From assembly GCF_023055435.1 (NCBI RefSeq), contig NW_025963802.1, forward strand, positions 5,704,001 to 5,768,000: a DNA stretch of 64,000 nucleotides, in the 5' to 3' direction. Both the position numbers and the translations under genes were made by a program. The stretch's first letter is position 1, and the number at the start of each line of letters is the position of its first letter. The notes below the pieces were generated by a model. The model worked only from the letters and a program-made list of their open reading frames with translations. It searched no databases and was not told where the DNA came from. The stretch is from Haliotis rufescens (taxonomy: Eukaryota). Shown here one piece after another: positions 13,768 through 26,620 of this stretch.

Positions 13768-14180
13768 TTAAACGACAAAACCCTTTCCATATCCAGTAGA
13801 AATCTCGAAACGTCTATCGTAAAATTCCGACTGTATCATGAGCATGTGTTTATGCATCACTATCAAGTAGTAATGATACCAGGTGTTCGCGAAAAGGTGA
13901 GCGTATCCTGCCCCATCGGTGGCACCCGTCACAAATACATGCAAAGACAAGTCAATTGTTCACCTGAAAAACATGGAAACATATTGGATTACACTTGGGT
14001 TACAAGTCAAAATAGGGAATTGCATCGGACATCATTTTTTGTCACTGATGCGTCAAATTTGGAAATGTCCTCCACATGTCTACCATAAAACATTTTGAAA
14101 GTTTTACAATGCTGTAGCAAAAGCGAGGGTGTTTTATATGTTCAAGGCTTTTGTATTCTACATGTCACAGGCTCGAGTAT
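13768..14180 (-). mobile_element. Penelope-like (Naiad-like) element 3' fragment: RT C-terminus plus 3' UTR
   Basis: Encodes FKMFYGRHVEDISKFDASVT, homologous to 50870-50950, followed by the same UTR ending GGAAAGGGTTTTGTCG. Confidence 0.75.
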
Positions 14181-15424
14181 TATTATTTTGTTAATTTTGA
14201 CAATTTATGTTTGTTTCTGTAAGGGCGATAACGCCACATTGTCCCTTCTATGATCCATAATTACCTGAGCTGAGTTAATTGATCAGTCACAGCTGTCCAC
14301 ACGGAACTTGTGAATGAAATTAGCGTGACGTCCGTCACACCGTGCCCGACGTACAGAGCCTTTAATACCCTCTATTCACGCGAATCAACACTTGATCCTC
14401 ATTGCCATTTGTCCCTAAACACTGACGTCATTAACGGTCATCGATGTGACAACACAACAGATCGTGAAAAGAAACTGGAATTATACCTTTGTGCGTATAT
14501 ATATCATATATCTCAAATGAAATGAGTTTGTTATAAGAAAAATCTTTCTGATAAAGAAATCGTTTTCTTTATTGCTTTGAAAATTACATTGAAGTACAGA
14601 CAAACAATACCTATATTCAAGGACTATACAGTTCCCGTCAGCTTATGTCCTGGGTACACAATACCCGTCTGGTGGGATGAATCCAACCACCCGTACAAAT
14701 AATTGCCGACTTGGCCTGTTGTGACGTCAATGGCGACCCATATTTCAACACAATAAAAGGCTACTCCCCTACTAGCGATTTAAGAGTAGTTAAACACAAA
14801 GGTGATAGAAAATATTTAAATTGGTTTATGCAAATGTAAAAGCATCTGCGTTTCTACCTCGTGGGGTTTATTTCTCCCTTCCTTCACCAGGAAGTTCAAA
14901 GAGATGAATATACTCCGCATTAAGTTGTAGCTAACTGTAAATATATGATTTGATTTGACGATATTACTGTTACTTAATCTAATATATATAAAATATACAT
15001 CGGTGGTGTGTACTACTGAACATGTCTTGTACAACATGTATTGCGTCTAGATTTAGAACATAACTGAACATTATACACTGAATGCTGTGTCGAGGTTTGG
15101 GGGTTCCCTGGGGTTGTTTTCATCATGGCCACGTCATTTACTAAATTGAATGTGTTTCTGAAACTTTCCAACTACACTACAGCAACTGGGAATTCCGGAG
15201 AAGATTAAGTCCTTTCCTTCATGAGAACCCATTGTGACGTCACTATTCATCATGTTCATTATTAGATAGTTGGGATGATTCGAGGAAGTGTACTGTGGAC
15301 CTCGGCTTCAGCGACACATGACAGTCCGTTGTGAAATTAACAATTACATATTTACAGATATTTGTATAATCACCCCGAAAGGCTACATGTTATGTTGTGG
15401 TCTATTGTGTTGCCTTTAATAATG

Positions 15425-15587
15425 TGCATAAGGAAGAGCATTTATGGATATCAACTTCTTTATGATGAGGAACACAACGTATCGGAGTATATGCTTACTC
15501 CTCCATCAGGTGATTCATCTGCTGAAGGAGAAACGTTGTATTCTTCATATTAAAGAAGTTGACATCCATAAATTCTCTTCCTTATGT
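15425..15587. mobile_element. MITE with ~55-bp terminal inverted repeats; partial second copy at ~36740-36830
   Basis: ATAAGGAAGAGCATTTATGGATATCAACTTCTTTA...ACAACGT is the reverse complement of ACGTTGT...TAAAGAAGTTGACATCCATAAATTCTCTTCCTTAT. Confidence 0.75.
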
Positions 15588-15697
15588 GTATCACTTCTAA
15601 ATGCGTTTCAAAGACGTAATAATGTTCATGTTAAATAATTAGTTAAACCCTGGATGTGAAAACTAAATACAGTTTTTTCAGGGCTTTAAAATGTGAG

Positions 15698-16778
15698 AGT
15701 ACCATGCAGTGTAGAGAGCCTTATACCATTCATTGCAGAGATCCTTGTACCATGCATTGTAGAGATCCTTGTACCCTGCGTTGTAGAGATCCTTGTACCA
15801 TGCATTGTAGAGGTCCTTGTACCATGCATTTTAGAGATCCTTGTCTCATGCATTGCTGAGATCCTTGTACCATGCGTTGTAGAGATCCTTGTACCATGCA
15901 TTGTAGAGATCCTTGTACCATGCATTGTAGAGATCCTTGCCTCATGCATTGTAGAGATCCGTATACCATTCATTGCAGAGATCCGTGTACCATGCATTGT
16001 AGTGATCCTTGTACCATGCATTGTAGAGATCCTTGTACCATGCATTGTAGAGATCCTTATACCATTCATTTTAGAGATCCTTGTACCATGCATTTTAGAG
16101 ATCCTTGTACCATGCATTGTAGAGATCCTTGTACCATGCATTGTAGAGATCCTTGCCTCATGCATTGTAGAGATCCTTATACCATTCATTGCAGAGATCC
16201 TTGTACCATGCATTGTAGTGATCCTTGTACCATGCATTGTAGAGATCCTTGTACCATGCATTGTAGAGATCCTTGCCTCATGCATTGTAGAGATCCTTAT
16301 ACCATTCATTGCAGAGATCCTTGTACCATGCATTGTAGTGATCCTTGTACCATGCATTGTAGAGATCCTTGTACCATGCATTGTAGAGATCCTTATACCA
16401 TTCATTTTAGAGATCCTTGTACCATGCATTTTAGAGATCCTTGTACCATGCATTGTAGAGATCCTTGTACCATGCATTGTAGAGATCCTTGCCTCATGCA
16501 TTGTAGAGATCCTTATACCATTTATTGCAGAGATCCTTGTACCATGCATTGTAGTGATCCTTGTACCATGCATTGTAGAGATCCTTGTACCATGCATTGT
16601 AGAGATCCTTGTACCATGCATTGTAGAGATCCTTGTACCATGCATTGTAGAGATCCTTGTCTCATGCATTGTAGAGATCCTTATACCATTCATTTTAGAG
16701 ATTCTTGTACCATGCATTGTAGAGATCCTTGTATCATGCATTGTAGAGATCCTTGTCTCATGCATTGTAGAGATCCTT
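15698..16778. repeat. 24-bp minisatellite (GAGATCCTTGTACCATGCATTGTA), ~45 copies with higher-order structure
   Basis: Direct tandem repeat; 16141-16260 and 16261-16380 are identical 120-bp (5-monomer) blocks. Confidence 0.95.
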
Positions 16779-16937
16779 GAAGCACCTCACCCCTGCAGGG
16801 TTCAACGTGTCTTATTCATGAATCGATAGTTACTTGCATGTTAGCTTACATGAGTCTTTGGATTCAAGGATGAGTATTGAATTGAGTAACATGTATCATA
16901 AAACAGTAGCGTTTGAACATAAAAGTATGCAAGAAGC

Positions 16938-17338
16938 AAACACACACGCGCGCACACACGCGCGCACACACACGCGCACAGCAAACTAACACTATCCCCC
17001 ACACATACCAACAAAAACTTACACACACACACACTAACCCTTTCACACACACTAACAAACTAACACCCACACACACTAACCCTTACTAAGAGACATACAC
17101 ATACAACTAACATACACCCACAACAAACACTTACACACACTAACCCTTACACACAGACACACACACTAACAAACTAACACCCCCACACACTAACCCTTAC
17201 ACAGAGACATACACACACAACAAACACTTACACACACTAACCCTTACACACAGACACACACACTAACAAACTAACACCCCCACACACTAACCCTTACACA
17301 GAGACACACACACTAACAAACTAACACTTACTCACACA
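16938..17338. repeat. CA-rich compound repeat (ACACACTAACAAACTAACACCCC / CACTAACCCTTAC units)
   Basis: Direct reading. Confidence 0.85.
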
Positions 17339-17764
17339 TGAACATTTCGAAATACCCGTATCCGTCCGTGGTTTGATGAAAGTTCTCAATCAACGTGTTT
17401 AAAATTCAATTTGATGTAAATTGTGAGGATTCTGTTATTAGAATGACCTTGTTTATCTATTTCAATTAAAAAAATGGAATGACAAAACACCCCCTCACAG
17501 ATACTGATAACGTCGTTCCATCACAACGATGACACACATAAGGTGACAGCCACGGTCACACGTATACAGCTTCAGAACATGACTGATATACCTGTACATC
17601 GCTATATACCCCACTCGTTTAACCTTTGGCGTTTACATAACAGAAAAAAAGATAATGTGCGTTCGAAAAGAACAGGCTGAAATCGATGTCGTCAAAGCCT
17701 CAAATGTGTGATTTGCAGTGAAAATCATGTCCGTTCCGGGAAACATCTGCAGCCTTTATTGTGG

Positions 17765-18036
17765 TTTGTTTGTTTGTTTGTTTGTTGTTTAACGCCACAC
17801 AAAGCAATATTCCAGCTAAATGACGACGGTCTATAAATGAGTCTGGACCAGACAATCCAGTGATTAACAGTATGAGCAAGAATCTACGCAGTTGGGATGC
17901 AATGACATGCATCAACCAAGTCAGCGAGTCTGACCGCCCGATCCCGTTAGTCGCCTCTTACGACAAGCATAGTAGGTAGCCTCTTACGACAGGCATGGGT
18001 TGCTGAAGATAAATTCTACCCCGGAATCTTCTCGGC
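17765..18036 (-). mobile_element. Short retroposon family B, full length
   Basis: (GTTT)n tail on the plus strand, conserved body, head ending ATTCTACCCCGGAATCTTC. Confidence 0.85.
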
Positions 18037-18368
18037 ACGATAGACTCTGCGGCTTTGAGTAAATGTGCTGTGAGCCTCAAGTACTCAGTAATATTATGGT
18101 GGGTTTTATTTTATTGATTTAATGCTTAACGTATTTCTTTAATGTGCGACAAGAACCCAACGCGATGGCGATCTTTGATGTTTTTTACCAGTTTGGTGAA
18201 AGTCACAATTAGTACGAATCTGGAATTCGAACCCACGACCATAGCACCTAATGGACGCAACTCTGCTAAGCGAAATTCGGTGATATAAAAACAGTAATCT
18301 CTACATATTAAACCTAGAGTGTTATTGTTATTGTTATTTTTCAGCAGTCAGATCTCAAAACATTTACC

Positions 18369-18637
18369 GGGGGCGCGGGTGGTCCAGTCGACTTAGGCGC
18401 CGCGATTCGCTGTACAGAGTTGCGTCCCTTGGGTACACCAAAAACCTATAATTGTGGATTCGAATCCCGATTCGCCCCGATTATGTTTCTAGGTTTGTCA
18501 GCACCATACCCGGTTTCGCCGAACTGGTAAACGTCTGAGACCTGCATTACTTCGGGCTTTCCTCCCACATCAAGCTGACACGCCGCGATATAACTGTAAT
18601 ACTGTTAAAAGCGGCGTGAAACCCAACCCACTCACTC
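18369..18637 (+). mobile_element. tRNA-related SINE family D, full length
   Basis: A-box-like TGGTCCAGTCG, B-box GGATTCGAATCCC, tail GATATAACTGTAATACTGTTAAAAGCGGCGTGAAA(CACT)n, imperfect TSD CAAAA.(A/T)TTTACC. Confidence 0.7.
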
Positions 18638-19626
18638 AAAATCTTTACCACGCTTCATGTTTAGTATCTCTGGAGAACACAAAACATTGTGTACCACGCT
18701 TAACGAGATATCTAGAGAGCTCACAATACTGGTCAAACGTCATCTAAGCACAATACAACATAAAAATATAACTAATGTTTTGCATTATAGGGGGATCATT
18801 TTTTGTTCCGTGTCAGTGTCCTCGAATGTAACTCATTTCAAAACGTTTCCATGGTAGTGCTTGCGTGTGGTTTGTGAAACTTTCATAACATTTCAGGAAG
18901 AAAGATTATTTTCCCTTGAGAGCACCAGTTGAACTGTGATGGGTTTTTCATTATCGATCGATGTCATATTTCTCCTTTAGGCGTATGAAGCTTGCATATA
19001 TGTATTTCCAATTAGACATAAGTGCCAGTCAAGCTATATTGAACAGTGTCATTTAGTATATACAATGGATAGTGTTATAAATGCGATATCACACACAAAC
19101 TTAGTATCACGACCCGATAAATATGCAAATTAACTGCACAAGTAGGAACTGCTTTTAAAAAACTCCATGCATCGGTTGAAATGTTCAATAAACTACATGT
19201 ATAAGTATAAAACTACACTATAACGTATAAGTTTCTTGGGATGGAAGTGGTTGTGTACACAAACATATGGCTTCAAATCATTTGGCACTATATGATAAAT
19301 AGGGCGGTTCACTCTCGCGCCCGTATATCAGGAATAAGAAAACAATATATACTCGACAAAGGCTGGCATTATTCAATTTTTGTTACTGAAATATGATATT
19401 AACTATATGCATACACGCTCGGCTTAAAATCATGTCTGTTTAATATCAAGTATAAGCAAAAAGGGCAAGCATGTCGGTGCAATACCTTTCAGTATGTTTT
19501 CTTCGTGCTGATTGGTTGGTTCACGCTAATTGTTCAATTGTTGTGATTGTTCTTAGCGTAACGTCACATCAAGGCACTGTCGCAAATAATTGAAGATGGC
19601 GAATTCCATTGTTCATGAGGACACGA

Positions 19627-19736
19627 ACGCCTCCGTGGTCTAGTGGTAAAGCGTCTGCCTGGAGAGCAGAAGGTCGGAGGTTAGATCCCCGGCCGCGTCA
19701 TACAAAAAGACGGTTTGTTTTTTGTTGTTGTTGATT

Positions 19737-19772
<36 letters not shown>

Positions 19773-19999
19773 CACGGCGCACTCAGCAATATTCCAGCTA
19801 TATGACGGCGGTCTGTAAATAATCAAAAGACGGTACTTGATCTTACCCTGCGCTCGGCATTCATGGGCTAAAACAATGCCCCGTGGTCGGCTCAGAGTCA
19901 GTCTACTGTATCGAAGTTAGACTGCGGCAAGGTATCCCACCTCACTCATGGTATCAATGGGCTGGCACTATGAAATCGGCATTAGTCCGGACTAGTATA

Positions 20000-20040
<41 letters not shown>

Positions 20041-20110
20041 ACACACACACGAGCATGCGCGTCGCTATATATGTTCAATAAACTTGAACGCGACGTTAAA
20101 CCCCATATCA
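19627..20110 (+). mobile_element. tRNA-derived SINE family C (Meta/MESC-like central domain) with a nested family B 3' fragment
   Basis: A box TGGTCTAGTGG, degenerate B box, GTCATACAAAAAGAC..GGTACTTG..ACCCTGCGCTCGGCATT core, internal (CA)n. The insert at 19715-19824 is flanked by TSD AAAAGACGGT. Confidence 0.8.
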
Positions 20111-20652
20111 CCTCATGAGGATACAGACAGGTTTTATGTTGTCGTACCAACAACAACAGACTGAGGTGATGTCTCCAAATGAGGTCAGAAAATCTACATT
20201 TTGTTGAAAAAAAGAATATTGGAAACAAACCGAAAACAAAATCAGGGTGAACCAGGATTCGAACTCATGATCACGTGTTCTCATGCATCACATGCAACTC
20301 CTTATACGACTGAGCAGGGGACCTTCCCTCATAATTCGGCATTGTACAGGATGACAACACTAGCACAGTGTTCCGGCTATATGTATGCAGATAAAATACT
20401 TAGATGAAAGGAATGACAACATTGGGCAATTCTCTTGTGTGATGTCAGGGCATGCTACGAGATCCACACAAGGGTCGTACTTCCGTAAGGTGATGACAGA
20501 TACCGGTGGCGCAGTTACCACGTAGCACGAAAATCAATAAAAAAATAAACAAAATGTACTTTGGTATGTTCTTATTTCAGTCGTTTGTTATAGTTACAAA
20601 ATCTTTTGTTAATTTACAGGTTGAGCCGCCTACCAGTTTCAAAATTGTTGAT

Positions 20653-20817
20653 GGGGCGGTCGGGTAGCCTAGTGGTTAAAGCGTTCGCTCGTCACGCCGA
20701 AGACCCGGGTTCGATTCCCGACACGGGTACAATGTGTGAAGCTCATTTCTGGTGTCCCCCGCCGTGATATTGCTGGAATATTGCTAAAAGCGGCGTAAAA
20801 TCAAAGTCACTCACTCA
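20653..20817 (+). mobile_element. tRNA(Asp)-like SINE family A, full length, recent
   Basis: A box TAGCCTAGTGG, GTC anticodon-like loop, B box GGTTCGATTCC, (CACT)n tail, ~15-bp TSD TCAAAATTGTTGATG on both sides. Confidence 0.92.
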
Positions 20818-21174
20818 AAATTGTTGATGAGTTGGTTCGATGTTGTTTGCTTGTTATTGATTATGGTCCGGAACTTCTTCGATGCATGATTTAAGTCAAG
20901 TTCCTTCTAGTTCCTTTCAGTTCAAAATATTAATTAAAAGGGGTAAAATCTTGCCAAAATCATACTTCATGTGCTCGGGTGAAATCACATTTGTAACTAT
21001 CCATCGAGAAAATGATATTTTCTCAATTACTGGACTGTCTCGTCCAGACTCGATTATTTACAGGCCGCCGTCATATAGCCAGAATATTGCTGAGTGTGGC
21101 GTTAAACATAAACTAACAAACAAACAAAAACATCTTTACAAAAATACATAATTAAAACAGAAAAAAAAGATATA

Positions 21175-21349
21175 CTGTAAAGTACGGTTATAACGAACTA
21201 AAAGGGACTACTAATTTTAGTTCGTTTTAACCGTAGTTCGTTATAAGCATATATACAGCATAACTACAGCAAATAGTCGGGACCAAAAAAGTAGTTCGTT
21301 ATATCCGTCAGTTCGATATAAGCGTGTTCGTTATAACCGTAGTTTACTG
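21175..21349. mobile_element. Tc1/mariner-type MITE; partial second copy at ~49307-49420
   Basis: TIR C(T/A)GTAAA(G/C)TACGGTTATAACGAAC at both ends, flanked by TA. Confidence 0.85.
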
Positions 21350-21921
21350 TATACGCCCTTTAATGACAAATGTTTGGATCCGTGAACAAACAATTACACC
21401 GATTTCTTGACACTCAATAGGTAACAAGATGCAGGATACAAGTACAGCTCAATACTCATGCTCTGGATTAACTGCTGAAAAACTACTTTTTCTACGAAAT
21501 GACCAAATATCACAACCGTCTGAAGGATTTAACTATATGGGTTATGACTAATACTCCAGTCTAATGACACATATAAACGCGAATCACGTAAATTTTATAT
21601 TGTTGACGTTTTCTTCCTATTAAGGACCCATCTTAGATGAGTTTACATTCAGGTAATTGGAAACAAACAAAAAACTGATATATGATCAATGTCGATGTTG
21701 AAAATAGTTTCATATATAAACATTAAGGCTGTCATGTTTATATAACTGGGGAAGGACCTTCGGTGTAGTCGCTGAAGGTCGCTGAGTTGTCTGTTATGTA
21801 ACTGTTCAAACCCTGGGAAAGCATTGAGATATAAATTATCTATAAAATGGAAAGTTTCTGAAATAATTGTTCCTGTCTGAAATTGTCTCTGCTCAGTTTG
21901 TTTGTTTGTTTGTTTGTTTGA

Positions 21922-24900
21922 CGGAGAGAGGTGAGAGAGGGGGGGAGGGAGAGAGGGAGCTATAGAGAGTGAGATAGATAGAGGTAGGTAGAGAGAGCGA
22001 GGTAGATTGAGGGAAGTAGAGAGCGAGGTAGATAGAGGAGGTAGATATAGGGAGGTAGAGGGGGAGATAGAGAGCGAGGTAGATAGAGAGAAGTAAAGAG
22101 AGGGAGGTAGATAGAGGGAGGTATAGAGCGAGGTAGATTGAGGGAAGTAGAGAGCGAGGTAGATAGAGGGATATAGAGAGCGAGGTAGATAGAGGAGGTA
22201 GATAGAGGTAGATATAGGGAGGTAGAGGGCGAGGTAGAGAGCGAGGTAGATAGAGAGAAGTAAAGAGAGGGAGGTAGATAGAGGGAGGTATAGAGCGAGG
22301 TAGATGGGGGGGGGGGGGGGGGGGGGGTGTAGAGAGAGGGGTAGGGAGCGAGGTAGATAGAGGGATATAGAGAGCGAGGTAGATAGAGGAGGTAGATAGA
22401 GGTAGATAGAGGGAGGTATAGAGCGAGGTAGATGGGGGGGGGGGGGGGGGGGGGTGTAGAGAGAGGGGTAGGGAGCGAGGTAGATAGAGGGAAGTATATA
22501 GAGGTAGATAGAGGGAAGTAGATAGAGGTAGATAGAGGGAGGTAGATAGAGGGAGGTAGATAGAGGAAGATAGAGGGAGGTAGATAGAGGGAGGTAGATA
22601 GAGGGAGGGAGATAGAGGTAGATAGAGGGAGGTAGTTAGAGGGAGGTAGATAGAGGTAGATAGAGGGAGGTAGATAGAGGGAGGTAGATAGAGGGAGGGA
22701 GATAGAGGTAGATAGAGGGAGGTAGATAGAGGGAGGTAGAGGGCGAGGTAGATAGAGGGAGGTAGATAGAGGGAGGTAGATAGAGGTAGATAGAGGGAGG
22801 TAGATAGAGGGAGGTAGATAGAGGGAGGGAGATAGAGGGAGGTAGATAGAGGTAGATAGAGGGAGGTAGAGGGCGAGGTAGATAGAGGGAGGTAGATAGA
22901 GGGAGGTAGATAGAGGTAGATAGAGGGAGGTAGATAGAGGGAGGTAGATAGAGGGAGGGAGATAGAGGGAGGTAGATAGAGGTAGATAGAGGGAGGTAGA
23001 GGGCGAGGTAGATAGAGGGAGGTAGATAGAGGGAGGTAGATAGAGGGAGGTAGATAGAGGGAAGTAGATAGAGGGAAGTAGATAGAGGTAGATAGAGGGA
23101 AGTAAAGAGAGCGAGGTAGATAGAGGTAGATAGAGGGAAGTAAAGAGAGCGAGGTAGATAGAGGGAGGTAGATAGAGGGAAGTAGAGAGCGAGGTAGAGA
23201 GGGAGGTAGATAGAGGGAAGTAGAGAGCGAGGTAGATAGAGGTAGATAGAGGAGATAGAGAGGGAGGTAGATAGAGGTAGATAGAGGGAAGTAGAGAGCG
23301 AGGTAGATAGAGGTAGATAGAGGGAAGTAAAGAGAGCGAGGTAGATAGAGGTAGATAAGGGGAAGTAAAGAGAGCGAGGTAGATAGAGGGAGGTAGATAG
23401 AGGGAAGTAGAGAGCGAGGTAGATAGAGGGAAGTAGAGAGCGAGGTAGATTGAGGGAGGTAGATAGAGGGAAGTAGAGAGCGAGGTAGATAGAGGAGATA
23501 GAGAGGGAGGTAGATAGAGGTAGACAGAGGTAAGTAGAGAGCGAGGTAGATAGGGGAGGTAGATAGAGGGAAGTAGAGAGCGAGGTAGATAGAGGTAGAC
23601 AGAGGTAAGTAGAGAGCGAGGTAGATAGGGGAGGTAGATAGAGGGAAGTAGAGAGCGAGGTAGATAGGGGTAGATAGAGGAGATAGAGGAGATAGAGGGG
23701 GAGGTAGATAGAGGGAGGTAGATAGAGGGAAGTAGAGAGCGAGGTAGATAGAGGAGATAGAGAGGGAGGTAGATAGAGGTAGATAGAGGGAGGTAGATAG
23801 AGGTAGATAGAGCGAGGTAGATAGAGGGAAGTAAAGAGAGCGAGGTAGATAGAGGGAGGTAGATAGAGGGAAGTAGAGAACGAGGTAGATAGAGGTAGAT
23901 AGAGAGAAGTAGAGAACGAGGTAGATAGAGGTAGATAGAGGTAGATAGAGGGAGGTAGATAGAGGGAAGTAGAGAGCGAGGTAGATAGAGGGAGGTAGAT
24001 AGAGGGAAGTAAAGAGAGCGAGGTAGATAGAGGGAGGTAGATAGAGGGAAGTAGAGAGCGAGGTAGATAGGGAGGTAGATAGAGGGAAGTAGAGAACGAG
24101 GTAGATAGGGGTAGATAGAGAGGGAGGTAGATAGAGGTAGATAGAGGGAGGTAGATAGAGGTAGATAGAGGAGATAGAGAGGGAGGTAGATAGAGGTAGA
24201 TAGAGGGAGGTAGATAGAGGTAGATAGAGCGAGGTAGATAGAGATAGATAGAGGGAAGTAAAGAGAGCGAGGTAGATAGAGGGAAGTAGAGAGCGAAGTA
24301 GATAGGGGAGGTAGATAGAGGGAAGTAGAGAGCGAGGTAGATAGAGGGAAGTAGAGAGCGAAGTAGATAGGGGAGGTAGATAGAGGGAAGTAGAGAGCGA
24401 GGTAGATAGGGGTAGATAGAGGAGATAGAGGAGATAGAGGGGGAGGTAGATAGAGGGAGGTAGATAGAGGTAGATAGAGGTAGATAGAGGGAGGTAGATA
24501 GAGGGAAGTAGAGAGCGAGGTAGATAGAGGTAGATAGAGGTAGATAGAGGAGATAGAGAGGGAGGTAGATAGAGGTAGATAGAGGGAGGTAGATAGAGGT
24601 AGATAGAGGGAAGTAGAGAGCGAGGTAGATAGAGGGAAGTAGAGAGCGAAGTAGATAGGGGAGGTAGATAGAGGGAAGTAGAGAGCGAGGTAGATAGGGG
24701 TAGATAGAGGAGATAGAGGAGATAGAGGGGGAGGTAGATAGAGGGAGGTAGATAGAGGTAGATAGAGGGAGGTAGATAGAGGGAAGTAGAGAGCGAGGTA
24801 GATAGAGGGAAGTAGAGAGCGAAGTAGATAAGGGAGGTAGATAGAGGGAAGTAGAGAGCGAGGTAGATAGGGGTAGATAGAGGAGATAGAGGAGATAGAG

Positions 24901-26255
24901 GGGGAGGTAGATAGAGGGAGGTAGATAGAGGTAGATAGAGGTAGATAGAGGGAGGTAGATAGAGGGAAGTAGAGAGCGAGGTAGATAGAGGTAGATAGAG
25001 GTAGATAGAGGAGATAGAGAGGGAGGTAGATAGAGGTAGATAGAGGGAGGTAGATAGAGGTAGATAGAGGGAAGTAAAGAGAGCGAGGTAGATAGAGGTA
25101 GATAGAGGTAAGTAAAGAGAGCGAGGTAGAGAGCGAGGTAGATAGAGATAGATAGAGGAGATAGAGAGGGAGGTAGATAGAGGTAGATAGAGGAGATAGA
25201 GAGCGAGGTAGATAGAGGTAGATAGAGGTAAGTAAAGAGAGCGAGGTAGAGAGCGAGGTAGATAGAGGTAGATAGAGGAGATAGAGAGGGAGGTAGATAG
25301 AGGTAGATAGAGGAGATAGAGAGCGAGGTAGATAGAGGTAGATAGAGGTAAGTAAAGAGAGCGAGGTAGAGAGCGAGGTAGATAGAGATAGATAGAGGAG
25401 ATAGAGAGGGAGGTAGATAGAGGTAGATAGAGGAGATAGAGAGCGAGGTAGATAGAGGTAGATAGAGGTAAGTAAAGAGAGCGAGGTAGAGAGCGAGATA
25501 GAGGTAGATAGAGGAGATAGAGAGGGAGGTAGATAGAGGTAGATAGAGGGAGGTAGATAGAGCGAGGTGGATAGAGGTAGATAGGGGAGGTAGATAGAGC
25601 GAGGTAGATAGAGGGAGGTAGGTAGAGGGAAGTAGAGAGCGAGGTAGATAGAGGTAGATAGAGGAGATAGAGAGGGAGGTAGACAGCGAGGTAGATAGAG
25701 GTAGATAGAGGGAGGTAGATAGAGCGAGGTAGATAGAGGGAAGTAGATAGAGGGAGGTAGATAGAGGGAAGTAGAGAGCGAGGTAGATAGAGGGAGGTAG
25801 ATAGAGGGATATAGAGAGCGAGCTAGATAGAGGGATATAGAGAGCGAGGTAGATAGAGGAGGTAGATAGAGGGAAGTAGAGAGCGAGGTAGATAGAGGTA
25901 GATAGAGGGGGTAGATAGAGGGAAGTAGAGAGCTAGGTAGATAGAGGAGGTAGATAGAGGGAAGTAGAGAGCGAGGTAGATAGAGGGAAGTAGAGAGCGA
26001 GGTAGATAGAGGGAAGTAGAGAGCGAGGTAGATAGAGCGAGGTAGATAGAGGGATGTAGAGGGAGATAGATAGAGGGAGGTAGAGGGCGAGGTAGATAGA
26101 GGGAGGTAGATAGAGGGAGGTAGATAGAGGTAGATAGAGGGATATAGAGAGCGAGGTAGATAGAGGAGGTAGATAGAGGGAAGTAGAGGGCGAGGTAGAT
26201 AGAGGTAGATATAGGGAGGTAGAGAGCGAGGGGGGTAGAGATAGATAGATAGGGT
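21922..26255. repeat. 4.3-kb purine-rich compound satellite (GAGGTAGATA / GAGGGAGGTAGATA / GAGAGCGAGGTAGATA)
   Basis: Direct reading; poly-G runs near 22305-22327 and 22434-22454; 120-bp higher-order repeats at ~25080-25500. Confidence 0.97.
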
Positions 26256-26390
26256 CAGAGAGGTAAAATTACACATTGAAAAAAGCGTTGACAAACCAAA
26301 CTATCGCGCACCTTGCGTAACCCTGTCAACCCATTCAATCTTCTGCATGTCCACTCGACATGTGTAGTCTACTCTTCTCGATTCAAATTA

Positions 26391-26620
26391 CAGTCAAGTC
26401 TCGTTAATCCGACACTCGTTAATCCGACAATCGGTTTATCCGACACGGTCCTCCGACACTAATGATGGGAACCGATTAAATCAGTGCTATTTAGACCCGT
26501 TAATCCGACAGTCTCGCACTCCGACTCCGACACACCTAATTGACAACGAATTACCGAAATCACTCATTAATCAGTCTCGTTAATCCGACACAGTGATCCG
26601 CGTACTCCGTGGTCATCTGC
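26391..26620. mobile_element. Tc1/pogo-like DNA transposon end
   Basis: TA|CAGTCAAGTCTCGTTAATCCGAC start with repeated CGTTAATCCGACA subterminal motifs. Confidence 0.65.

Noticed and set aside
13768-13950. ORF with VFVTGATDGAG (and VFVTCATGGAG at 50614-50877) resembling an SDR Rossmann motif
   Set aside because: It coincides with the PLE 3' UTR nucleotide motif; no downstream SDR sequence or splice structure, so a chance resemblance.
20653-20725. tRNA-Asp gene (also 35710-35782 and 45187-45260)
   Set aside because: The tRNA-like region continues into a SINE body and tail with TSDs, and the acceptor stem is not intact.
21960-26294. 1444-aa ORF on the minus strand
   Set aside because: Translation of a pyrimidine-rich satellite strand that rarely forms stop codons; low complexity, no domain.
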